DNA of 64,000 bases from a candidate division WWE3 bacterium (GTDB lineage Bacteria; Patescibacteriota; WWE3; UBA101185; UBA10185), in NCBI GenBank assembly GCA_014729135.1, contig WJKK01000001.1, forward strand, positions 260,588-324,587. The letters run 5' to 3'. Shown here piece after piece: positions 43,721-52,177 of the stretch (position 1 is its first letter; each line of letters begins with the position of its first letter). The position numbers were made by a program, and so were the translations under genes. The notes under the pieces were generated by a model, which saw only the letters and a list, made by a program, of their open reading frames with translations, did no database searches and was not told where the DNA came from.

Positions 43721-44908
43721 ATGGGGAAGCAAGTTTTGGTGATGGGGGTTAGGCGGCAATATCAGTTCGACGGAGATTGGGGAGACTGGCTTCGGCTCGG
43801 TGTTCGGCGTCTTCTGACTTTACAGTCAGGAGATGTTGCAGTCCTGCCGGAGATTTGGGGCATTCCCGAGTATGTGGAGCACTTGCAGGAGGTTTGGGGT
43901 ATCAATTTGGAGGTCCTGTGGGTGAGCGGTAGGTTTTACCTCCTGGATAGCGCTATTCTGGAGACCCCGAGGGTTCTCGGGCGTCTTCAGGAACTGGGAG
44001 GACAAGGTGCAGTTTTTGTGCTGTACGATAGTTCGACGTCACACTTCCAGTCTTGGTGGCGATTGATGCCGCAGGAAGCTCGTTTGTGTGGAGAGACTTT
44101 GGAGTGGGGTAGTCGATGGAACACCAAGAAGTGGTTGTACCGAGACGCTAGGAATCCAGAGCAACCTTCGATTGCCGAACGGTTGGATATTCCGGTACTC
44201 TCAGGCTACAATGCAGGATCCGTCGCGGAGCTGTTGAAGGCTTGGGACCTAATAGGATGTGGCTCGGTTATCATCAAGCCGTTGACAGCGGCGTTTGGTG
44301 ACGGTTTGGTGGTTGCGCATGAACGGAGTGATTTGGAGTCCTATACTTTCCCACTCGGTTCGGTGGGTGTGGAGGAGTATGTGGAAGGTTATCCCCAGCC
44401 TTGGTCCACCCACTGGGTAGGGGAGGAGCTGCTTGGACCTCCGACTTCCCAGCTTCTTCACGGGAGCACTGCCGTGGGAAACGTCACTCCAGGGGATTTT
44501 GACGCGGCGATGCAGGGGCAGCTTCTGGCGTTGACCCGTGAGTTTGTTCGGGCAGCCCAGCCCCGCGGCTATGGGGGCCTCAACGGGTTGATCGACGCCG
44601 AAGGGGTACCCCGCGTGACGGATGCCAATTGTAGGGAGACGGGTGTTTGCTCGACGCTCGTTTTCCGTGACCGTTATTGTCCCGGGGCGGTGACGGTAAA
44701 CAAGAAGTTGGGGAGACCTAACATGTCCGTTGGAGATGCTTGGCAGTGTCTTCAAGCGGCAGGCTTAGCATTCGACATCTCGGCGCGACGAGGAATAGCC
44801 CTCCAGGGGTGGTTACCCTCGATGTGGAGTCGCATGACCTGCGCCGCAGACACGAGGCAAGAGGCCTTAGAGCTGCTCAATGCAGCAAAGGAGGCTTTAG
44901 GTATGTAA
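43721..44908 (+). CDS. ATP-grasp-fold enzyme (RimK/LysX-like ligase family); GC-rich, likely acquired
   Basis: Strong SD aaggagg. VIIKPLTAAFGDGLVV (central ATP-grasp lysine strand), VGVEEYVEGY (E-x-Y-I/V hinge), LIDAEGVPRVTDANCRETG (Mg-binding Asp/Asn loop). Local GC (estimated by eye) is well above the flanks. Confidence 0.5.
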   Translation: MGKQVLVMGVRRQYQFDGDWGDWLRLGVRRLLTLQSGDVAVLPEIWGIPEYVEHLQEVWGINLEVLWVSGRFYLLDSAILETPRVLGRLQELGGQGAVFVLYDSSTSHFQSWWRLMPQEARLCGETLEWGSRWNTKKWLYRDARNPEQPSIAERLDIPVLSGYNAGSVAELLKAWDLIGCGSVIIKPLTAAFGDGLVVAHERSDLESYTFPLGSVGVEEYVEGYPQPWSTHWVGEELLGPPTSQLLHGSTAVGNVTPGDFDAAMQGQLLALTREFVRAAQPRGYGGLNGLIDAEGVPRVTDANCRETGVCSTLVFRDRYCPGAVTVNKKLGRPNMSVGDAWQCLQAAGLAFDISARRGIALQGWLPSMWSRMTCAADTRQEALELLNAAKEALGM

Positions 44909-44927
44909 TGTAAAAAGTTGTGTTGAC

Positions 44928-44976
44928 GCGATGGGAGGGTATGGGCCGGTTGGATATCGTCCAACCCTCCTATCGC
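44928..44976 (+). terminator. long imperfect GC-rich hairpin closing the second GC-rich block
   Basis: gcgatgggagg...[ggttgg-atatcgt-ccaacc]...cctcctatcgc nested stems 20 nt after the ATP-grasp stop. Confidence 0.4.
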
Positions 44977-44996
44977 GCATCAATTGTAAGGTAAAA

Positions 44997-46091
44997 ATGA
45001 TAAACAGACAAAGATTAATAAATACATTTTTAGAAATAGTTCAGATTGATAGCCCTTCGGGTGCGGAAGGAGCTATGGTGGAATACGTAACTTCTTTTCT
45101 ACACGCGTTAGGAGTGCGCCATGTAGTGGATTCTTTTGGCAACGTTATTGCTTATACTGAAGGTTCCGGAGGGCCTCTCTTGTTAAGTGCGCACTTAGAT
45201 ACAGTTGAGCCCGGAAGAGCTATTGCTCCTGTCATTGAAGACGGCTTTATCAGAAGTTCCGGCGACACCATTTTAGGCGCTGATAACAAGGTTGCAGTAG
45301 CCTCTCTGTTGGAGTTGATACGTACACTGACGGAAGCATCTGTAACCGATATTCCTTCTTTAGAGGTTATTTTTACGCTTTCAGAGGAAGTTGCGAATTT
45401 GGGAGCTGTAAATCTTGATTATTCTCTTCTGAGTGCGCGAGAAGGTTTTACTTTTGATAGTGGAAGTTCTTTGGGTACAGTTATTACCGACTCTCCTTTC
45501 TATAATCGGTTTGATATAGTTGTTAATGGTGTTGCCTGCCATGCAGGACATCCGGAAAGAGGCCTAAATGCTTTAAGTTTGGTGGTTAATGCGCTATCTC
45601 AAATTACTCTGGGTCAGACCGGTCTTGAAACCACTTGCAACATAGGTTTGATTGAGGGGGGAGTTGCACGCAATATTGTCCCCGGGCAAATTACTCTCCG
45701 AGGAGAAGTACGCAGTTTTGTAGAGAGTGTCCTAGAGGAAATGTGCACGGATATTAGTAGCGTTTTTCAGAAAGTAGTTGCAGAAAATGAGGGCTCCGTG
45801 GAAATAGAGATTGTTCGCGAAAATAGTGGCTTCAGTTTTTCTGCTGATGACCCTCTGTTGAGATACACTATGCGAATTCTAGAAGATTTAGAGCTTTCCC
45901 CAACCCCGCGTGTTTCTACGGGTTGTTATGATGCTAACATATTTCAGGAGCATGGGATTTGTGTTCTAAACTTGGGTAATGGTTCCGTGGATAATCACAC
46001 AATTAGGGAAAAGATTTCTGTGGTAGACTTAGAAATGCTGGCAAACCTTGTATATAGTTTAGTGATGGGTTTTAATAGGTACAGGAATTAA
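44997..46091 (+). CDS. M20-family metallopeptidase (PepT/tripeptidase-like); the ORF-track start 44931 lies inside the upstream hairpin, so ATG 44997 is preferred
   Basis: MINRQRLINTFLEIVQIDSPSG, HLDTVEPG and the dimerisation-domain layout of M20B peptidases. Confidence 0.7.
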   Translation: MINRQRLINTFLEIVQIDSPSGAEGAMVEYVTSFLHALGVRHVVDSFGNVIAYTEGSGGPLLLSAHLDTVEPGRAIAPVIEDGFIRSSGDTILGADNKVAVASLLELIRTLTEASVTDIPSLEVIFTLSEEVANLGAVNLDYSLLSAREGFTFDSGSSLGTVITDSPFYNRFDIVVNGVACHAGHPERGLNALSLVVNALSQITLGQTGLETTCNIGLIEGGVARNIVPGQITLRGEVRSFVESVLEEMCTDISSVFQKVVAENEGSVEIEIVRENSGFSFSADDPLLRYTMRILEDLELSPTPRVSTGCYDANIFQEHGICVLNLGNGSVDNHTIREKISVVDLEMLANLVYSLVMGFNRYRN

Positions 46092-46105
46092 AAGGAGTTT
46101 ATAAA

Positions 46106-47581
46106 ATGTCGACAATAGCAGATCTTCGTAAGGTAAGGCTTGAACAACTGGAGAAAATAAAAAAGCTTGGTTTAAATCCCTATCCTGCTGAATCCAAAAA
46201 AGACTATCCAAATAAAGAAATTCTAGATAATTTTGAGGATCTTGAAGGCAAGAGCGCAAATATTACAGGGCGCATAACTTCAATACGTGAACATGGAGCT
46301 TTAGTTTTCATAGATTTAGCCGATGAGTCCGGTGTAATTCAACTTTATATTAGAGAGGACACACTAAAAGCAACAGATCTCCAAGATCAGATTTTAGGTT
46401 TTGACCATATAAGCCTTTTAGGTACAGGTGATTTTATTCAAGCTTTTGGAGAAGTTACAAAAACAAAGTCGGGTCAAATTTCCCTAAAAGTAGAATCACT
46501 AAAACTTCTCTCAAAGTCCTTGCGACCAATCCCGGAAGAACTAAAAGATATTGAAGAGCGTTACCGCAAACGTTACCTGGATTTTCTACTAAATCCCCGT
46601 TCAAAGGAAATCTTGGATACGCGTTGGAAAATAGAGGAAGAAACACGTAAATTCCTTTGGAATCAAGGATTTAAAGAGGTGGAAACTCCCATTTTGCAGA
46701 CGCTTTATGGAGGTACTAATGCCGAACCTTTTACAACACATTTTAATGCTTTAAATACCGATTTTTATCTTCGTATAGCCCCAGAACTTTATTTAAAGCG
46801 TTTAATAGTGGGAGGTTACGAAAAAGTTTTTGAAATAGCCCGCAACTTTAGAAACGAGGGCATAGATCAAACGCACTTTCCTGAATTTACAATGCTTGAA
46901 TGGTATGAGGCTTATGCTGATTACCATCGGGTTATGGATTTAGCGGAGGCTTTGACAAAGCATCTGGTCTTGAAATTAACAGGCGGAACAACAATAAAAG
47001 TTAATGATCAAGAAATAGATATTAGCGGTACTTGGCCACGTATTCCTGTAGAGGATTTGGCGAAGGAACACCTGGGCATTGAGTGGGATTCCATAGCGGA
47101 TGATGAAATTAAGGATCTGTTGAATAAGCACAAAATTCAAGTTGCAGGTGTTTGGGATCGGGAAAAAGCTTTGTTTACTTTGTATGATCATCTGGTTACG
47201 CCTAAATTAATAGAGCCTGTTTGGGCAATAGATTATCCGCAGTCTGTAAGTCCTTTATCTAAGGCGCATAGAACCAAGGAAAAGCGTGCAGAAAGATTTG
47301 AAGGTTACATTGGAGGTGTGGAGATTTTTGACGGATGGAGTGAGATTGTTTCAGGTCTTGAACAACGTCGTCGTTTTGAGGTGGAGCAGCGAAACATGAA
47401 AGAGGGCGATAAGGAAGCCATGCCTTTAGATGAGGAGTTTATTGAAGCCTTAGAGTACGGTTGCCCTCCTTTGGGTGGAATTGGTTTTGGGATTGACCGC
47501 TTGGTTATGTTTTTAACGGATACTTGGGGTATAAAAGATGTTGTAGCCTTCCCGATTTTAAAGCCTCGCTCCGATAGTTAA
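46106..47581 (+). CDS. lysS: lysine--tRNA ligase (class II)
   Basis: N-terminal OB-fold anticodon-binding domain; class II motifs (FRNEGID, LGGIGFGIDRLVM); 491 aa. Confidence 0.9.
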   Translation: MSTIADLRKVRLEQLEKIKKLGLNPYPAESKKDYPNKEILDNFEDLEGKSANITGRITSIREHGALVFIDLADESGVIQLYIREDTLKATDLQDQILGFDHISLLGTGDFIQAFGEVTKTKSGQISLKVESLKLLSKSLRPIPEELKDIEERYRKRYLDFLLNPRSKEILDTRWKIEEETRKFLWNQGFKEVETPILQTLYGGTNAEPFTTHFNALNTDFYLRIAPELYLKRLIVGGYEKVFEIARNFRNEGIDQTHFPEFTMLEWYEAYADYHRVMDLAEALTKHLVLKLTGGTTIKVNDQEIDISGTWPRIPVEDLAKEHLGIEWDSIADDEIKDLLNKHKIQVAGVWDREKALFTLYDHLVTPKLIEPVWAIDYPQSVSPLSKAHRTKEKRAERFEGYIGGVEIFDGWSEIVSGLEQRRRFEVEQRNMKEGDKEAMPLDEEFIEALEYGCPPLGGIGFGIDRLVMFLTDTWGIKDVVAFPILKPRSDS

Positions 47582-47637
47582 CCCCCTCTCTAAAAAACTG
47601 GCCAAAAACATATATAATTACAACGAAAGGAAAAAAG

Positions 47638-47859
47638 ATGTCAAAAAAACTAGACCCAAAAGACAAAAATTACGTCGACAAACTAGCTGACAACCTTGAA
47701 GGTGTAGGATTTTCCGGCTCCGAAGAATTAGGCGCTGCCGTAAAAGAAGTAGCAGAAGCCAACGGATATTCCTCCAAAAAAGGACGCGGAAAATTTTTCA
47801 CCACAATAAAAAGACTTTTAGGATTACCTGTAAAATCAAAGGACGAAGCTAATGATTAA
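47638..47859 (+). CDS. small hypothetical protein
   Basis: 73-aa ORF with an SD; no recognised motif. Confidence 0.3.
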   Translation: MSKKLDPKDKNYVDKLADNLEGVGFSGSEELGAAVKEVAEANGYSSKKGRGKFFTTIKRLLGLPVKSKDEAND

Positions 47860-48397
47860 TCGTGAGGAAGCTCAAGCACTTTTGGAAGAGCATGTAACGG
47901 ACGAATATCAGCTGCTGCACGCTTTTATGGTGGCCTCTGCAATGGAAGCTTACGCTGAAGAGTTGGGTGAAGATGCTGACGTTTGGTTTCTGACGGGACT
48001 TTTGCATGACCTGGATTACGAGGAATTCCCTGAAGAGCACCCTATGCGGTCGATTCACTGGTTATCCGATGAGGACGTTCCGGAAGAGCTTTTGCATGCA
48101 ATTGAAGCGCACGCCTATTTAAGAACCGGTGTTGAACCTGAAACTAATCTGGCAGCAGCGCTAATTGCGGTGGATGAGCTTTCCGGCTTTATGTACGCTT
48201 ATTCGCTAATGAGACCTTCCGGTTTTGAAGGCATGAAAGCATCCAAAGTGGTTAAAAAGCTGAAAGATAAAGCCTTTGCAGCAAAGATCTCTCGTGAGGA
48301 TATTTATTATGGCGTTGAAAAATTTGAGGTTGATATGAAGGAGCATATTAACTTTTTGCTGGGGGTTTTTAACGATTTACCGGAGTTGGAAAAATAA
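47852..48397 (+). CDS. HD-domain phosphohydrolase
   Basis: H...HD motif (LLHDLDYEEF) and downstream His/Asp ligands; 181 aa. Confidence 0.6.
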   Translation: MINREEAQALLEEHVTDEYQLLHAFMVASAMEAYAEELGEDADVWFLTGLLHDLDYEEFPEEHPMRSIHWLSDEDVPEELLHAIEAHAYLRTGVEPETNLAAALIAVDELSGFMYAYSLMRPSGFEGMKASKVVKKLKDKAFAAKISREDIYYGVEKFEVDMKEHINFLLGVFNDLPELEK

Positions 48398-48403
48398 ACT
48401 TTC

Positions 48404-49750
48404 ATGCTTGATATCAGCTTTATTAGAGAAAATCCGGAGGAGGTTAAGCAGGCTCTGTATGATAGGCAAGTTGAGCTTGATTTGGATGCGTTTTTAAATC
48501 TGGACTCTCGTCGTAGAAGTTCTCTGCAGCATTTGGAAACTAAGCGAGCCCTGCGAAATTCTTTATCTGAGGCAATTGCAGAGGTGGCCGATTCGGAGAG
48601 AGCTTCTTTAATAGAGGAGGCGCGTCAAGTGAAAAACGATATTAAGGACTTGGAAAAAGAGTTTGACGTTTTAGACAAGGAATATCATGAGACTCTAATT
48701 CGAATTCCCAATGTTCCCTCTAAAGAAATGCCTGTTGGTAAGGGCGAAGAGGATAATGCTGTTTTAAAAGTATGGCTGCCTAAAGAGGGCTATTTAGATG
48801 TTGAAGGCGCTGATTACACCGATGTTTCTTACATGCCGCAAACTTCTTTTAAATACAAGGATCATGTTGAACTTGGTAAGGATCTGGATCTAATTGATGT
48901 TGAGCAGAGTGCTATTGTTTCCGGGAGTCGCTTTTACTATTTGAAAAATGAGGCGGTTTTGCTGCAGGAGGCGGTTTTTGCCTTGTTGAAAAACAAGCTT
49001 TTAAAGGAAGGTTACATGCCCATGATTTCTCCTCTGTTGGTAAAGGAAAAGTCTTTGTTTGGTACAAGTCATTTTCCGGAAGGGCGCGATCAAATTTATA
49101 AAATAGAAAGCTTTAATGTTGAGGATAAAAATGAGCTTTATTTAGTGGGGTCTTCGGAGCCTTCAAACTTTTCATATTTCATGGATAAAAAGTTTTCGGT
49201 TGAAGAGCTGCCTATTAAGGTTTTTGTGGAGAGCACTTGTTTTAGGAGTGAGGTAGGCTCTTGGGGGAAGGATGTTCGTGGAATTAAGCGGGTGCATCAG
49301 TTTGATAAGGTGGAGATGAATACTATTTGTACTCCTGCTAAGGCTCGCGAAGTTTTTGATGAGTACTTGGCAATTAACGAGTGGATGCTGCAGGAGCTAA
49401 AGCTTCCTTATCGAATTATTAGCAAGTGTACGGGGGATGCCGGTTATAACGCGTCGCATCTTCAGTTTGATTGGGATTATTGGCGTCCGGGTGAGCGCGA
49501 GTTTATGGAAGGTGGAACGGATACTTGGGCTACTGATTATCAGGCCCGTCGTTTAGGGATTCGCTATGAGGCTGATGATGAAGCTGCTTATGTGCATACG
49601 GTTAACGACACGGGAGCAACTACGCGAGTTATAATTGCAATTTTGGAAAACTATCAGCAGGAGGACGGCTCCATTTTGATCCCGGAGGCCTTGCACCCTT
49701 ATGTGGGTGGACTTGAAAAAATCTCTCATGCTAAGATTAAGCGGAAATAA
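48404..49750 (+). CDS. serS: serine--tRNA ligase
   Basis: N-terminal coiled-coil tRNA-binding arm and class II core motifs; 448 aa. Confidence 0.9.
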   Translation: MLDISFIRENPEEVKQALYDRQVELDLDAFLNLDSRRRSSLQHLETKRALRNSLSEAIAEVADSERASLIEEARQVKNDIKDLEKEFDVLDKEYHETLIRIPNVPSKEMPVGKGEEDNAVLKVWLPKEGYLDVEGADYTDVSYMPQTSFKYKDHVELGKDLDLIDVEQSAIVSGSRFYYLKNEAVLLQEAVFALLKNKLLKEGYMPMISPLLVKEKSLFGTSHFPEGRDQIYKIESFNVEDKNELYLVGSSEPSNFSYFMDKKFSVEELPIKVFVESTCFRSEVGSWGKDVRGIKRVHQFDKVEMNTICTPAKAREVFDEYLAINEWMLQELKLPYRIISKCTGDAGYNASHLQFDWDYWRPGEREFMEGGTDTWATDYQARRLGIRYEADDEAAYVHTVNDTGATTRVIIAILENYQQEDGSILIPEALHPYVGGLEKISHAKIKRK

Positions 49751-49753
49751 GCT

Positions 49754-50449
49754 ATGTCTGTTTTTGCCGGAATAAAACCACCCGAAATTTTGCTTGAAAC
49801 TTCCTCTAAGTACAATAAATCCATTAAGGTTCTAAAAGTTGGGGATGTTTTGAAGCTAAGCGTTAATAATTTTATTCAGTCATTTAGTAAGAATTCTAAG
49901 TCGGCTCATAGGCTTTGTTGGGGTCAGGCTGTTGATTTGATTAAAAAGGAGTCTAGTGATGTGCCGGTTGATAAGATTTTAGTTCTTGGAATGGGTGGGG
50001 GAACTATGCAGCACATGCTTAGGGAGCAGTTTCCTGAGGCGCATATTGTGAGTGTGGAAATTGATCCGGTAATGGTTGATATTGCCCGGGAGTATTTTGA
50101 TATTGAGGATCTTGATAACCACGAAATCGTTGTCGAGGATGCTTTGCGTTTTGTGGTGGAGCCGCAGGAGCATGGTTTTGAGAAGCAGTCTTTTGATGTG
50201 ATTGTTGTGGATACGGTTTTAGGTGATGAGTTTCCTGATCTTGGTAAGTCAGGCAATTTTTTGGCCGCTGTTAAGCAGTTGTTGGTTCCTGGTGGATTGA
50301 TTTTGTTTAATCGCATGTATTTGGATGAGCATCAGGAAAGCGCTAATACTTTTGTGGAGTATGTGGAGAATTTTTTTGAGGGAGTTGATACGCATGTGGT
50401 TGCAGGGCATACGAATTCGGATAATATTTTGATTTACGGGCGTTCTTAG
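49754..50449 (+). CDS. spermidine-synthase-like / class I SAM-dependent methyltransferase-fold protein
   Basis: ILVLGMGGGTMQ glycine-rich motif I and VEIDPVMVDIAREYF spermine/spermidine synthase-like context. Confidence 0.55.
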   Translation: MSVFAGIKPPEILLETSSKYNKSIKVLKVGDVLKLSVNNFIQSFSKNSKSAHRLCWGQAVDLIKKESSDVPVDKILVLGMGGGTMQHMLREQFPEAHIVSVEIDPVMVDIAREYFDIEDLDNHEIVVEDALRFVVEPQEHGFEKQSFDVIVVDTVLGDEFPDLGKSGNFLAAVKQLLVPGGLILFNRMYLDEHQESANTFVEYVENFFEGVDTHVVAGHTNSDNILIYGRS

Positions 50450-50479
50450 GCTTTTTAAGAGCCTGAGTATGGCGAGGGT

Positions 50480-51256
50480 TTGGCTTTTATGACTGTTTTT
50501 CAAGCTTTAATTTTAGGTGTAGTTCAGGGGTTAACTGAGTTTTTACCTGTTTCTTCTTCAGCACATTTAGTGGTTTTACCGGAAATTTTTGGTTGGCAGG
50601 CGCATTCTTTGGTTTTTGATACTACTTTGCATTTGGGAACCTCCTTGGCTTTGCTGGCTTACTTTTGGAAGGATTTGTGGGAGATTTTACGTAGTCCTAA
50701 GAAGTGGTGGTTTAAGTTATTTTTAGGGATGTTGCCGGCGGGAGTTTTGGGATTTTTGTTTAATGATTTATTTGAGGAGTATTTCCGGGATATTTCTTTT
50801 GTGGTTGTGTTTTTGGTTTTAGGGAGTGTTTTAATGCATGTAGCTGAGAAGTTTTTTTCTTCCGGTAATGCTTCTGCTGAGGAGGTTTCCGCTAAGAAAA
50901 GTTTTTTGGTAGGACTTTTTCAGAGCTTAGCTTTGTTTCCGGGATTTTCTCGTTCCGGTTCTACGATTTCAGGGGGTATGATTCTTGGAATGTCGAGGGA
51001 AGCAGCAGCTAAGTTTTCGTTTTTACTTTCAATTCCTTTGGTGTGGGCAGCGGGAGGTTTGGAGTTTGTTCAATTGTTTTCTGCAGGTGTTGGTGGGAGC
51101 AGCGTTTCTGCTTTTGCTCTGTTAGTGGGAGCAGTTTCCAGCTTTTTAACGGGAGTTTTATGCATTAAATTCTTCATGCGCTTTGTAAAAAGCAATTCCT
51201 TAATCCCTTTTGTAGTCTACCGCCTTCTCCTCGCCCTGGCTTTGATTATGCTTTAA
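50480..51256 (+). CDS. uppP: undecaprenyl-diphosphatase
   Basis: QGLTEFLPVSSSAHL and GFSRSGSTISGG conserved BacA motifs; 8 TM helices. Confidence 0.85.
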   Translation: MAFMTVFQALILGVVQGLTEFLPVSSSAHLVVLPEIFGWQAHSLVFDTTLHLGTSLALLAYFWKDLWEILRSPKKWWFKLFLGMLPAGVLGFLFNDLFEEYFRDISFVVVFLVLGSVLMHVAEKFFSSGNASAEEVSAKKSFLVGLFQSLALFPGFSRSGSTISGGMILGMSREAAAKFSFLLSIPLVWAAGGLEFVQLFSAGVGGSSVSAFALLVGAVSSFLTGVLCIKFFMRFVKSNSLIPFVVYRLLLALALIML

Positions 51257-51860
51257 AATCCGCTGCTGATTCTCGTAAAAAAGTTTTAACTTCTTGCCAT
51301 TTGGTGGGTTTCAAATAATCCGGTTCCAGGTCACTCTCAACATCTACAAAATACGTTAACGATTTAAGAATATGTGTTCTTTGATAATCTCTCTTTTCGT
51401 ACTTTTTTTCCAAGGCCTTCACTAAATCCTTTAAATCGAGTGTTTGCAATATCTCGTACAGATCCACAAAGTCTTTTTTGGCACTCCTTTGAGAAATGGC
51501 AATTATTTTCATGCAGGCAATATCTAGTACAGATGCCATTTTTATCGCCTTATATCTAACAGTTTCTTTCAAAAGGGGATATGCATATTCCAAAAAGCTT
51601 ATTTTTACTCCCTCAATTTGCAAATGTAGCGTTCCCGGTTTTTCTTCAGTTATTGTTGGTTGATATTTTTCCAGAGCTTTGATGAGTTTTTCTTGTGAAG
51701 GAAACTTTTTTGCAAAAAAATCCAGATCAATGGATTTTCTATGCCCTAGTTGCAGCGCTAGAGCGGTTCCTCCTGCCAAGTAAAACTTCTCTAAAATTGG
51801 CTCATTTTGAATCTTTTCAAGAACTTCTTTTGTTTTTAAATAGAGTGTTTCTTCATGCAT
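51246..51860 (-). CDS. AbiEii/AbiGii-family nucleotidyltransferase toxin (DUF1814)
   Basis: LAGGTALALQLGHRKSIDLDFF matches the DUF1814 GGTAL...R.S.D(I/L)DF nucleotidyltransferase motif. Confidence 0.6.
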   Translation of the reverse strand: MHEETLYLKTKEVLEKIQNEPILEKFYLAGGTALALQLGHRKSIDLDFFAKKFPSQEKLIKALEKYQPTITEEKPGTLHLQIEGVKISFLEYAYPLLKETVRYKAIKMASVLDIACMKIIAISQRSAKKDFVDLYEILQTLDLKDLVKALEKKYEKRDYQRTHILKSLTYFVDVESDLEPDYLKPTKWQEVKTFLRESAADFKA

Positions 51861-52114
51861 TCTAGATTTTTCGCGGGAACTTTGTAATATAAGGCATAAA
51901 AATTCCCTGTTTTGGGGCTTATATTTTTGGAGTTTTTTAGGGTTTCTACAATCTTTTTTCTATCATAAGTCTTATTTAGCCATTTTATTTCTTCCAGATC
52001 TCCCCACTCCAGAATTCGCTCAATAATAAATTTATAGTGTTTGTCTATTGAAATGTTTTCCAAAGGAGTATCCCAAAAGAATACCTTAAAAGACTTAGGT
52101 AGCTTCCTTTCCAT
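51836..52114 (-). CDS. small protein overlapping the AbiEii-like gene; putative cognate antitoxin
   Basis: 92-aa ORF immediately upstream of the toxin gene, overlapping it by 25 nt in the typical TA arrangement; no motif recognised. Confidence 0.3.
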   Translation of the reverse strand: MERKLPKSFKVFFWDTPLENISIDKHYKFIIERILEWGDLEEIKWLNKTYDRKKIVETLKNSKNISPKTGNFYALYYKVPAKNLECMKKHSI

Positions 52115-52139
52115 GCTTTAATTATACCAAGCCTATTCA

Positions 52140-52168
52140 TTCTGAGTTTGCTGCAGCAATGATATAAT
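52140..52168 (+). promoter_or_regulatory. candidate secA promoter
   Basis: TTCTGA, 17 nt spacer, TGATATAAT extended -10 (52160-52168). Confidence 0.35.
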
Positions 52169-52177
52169 CCCTACGTC

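Noticed and set aside
44249-44964. 168-aa and 70-aa minus-strand ORFs
   Set aside because: Antisense artefacts of the GC-rich ATP-grasp gene and its terminal hairpin.
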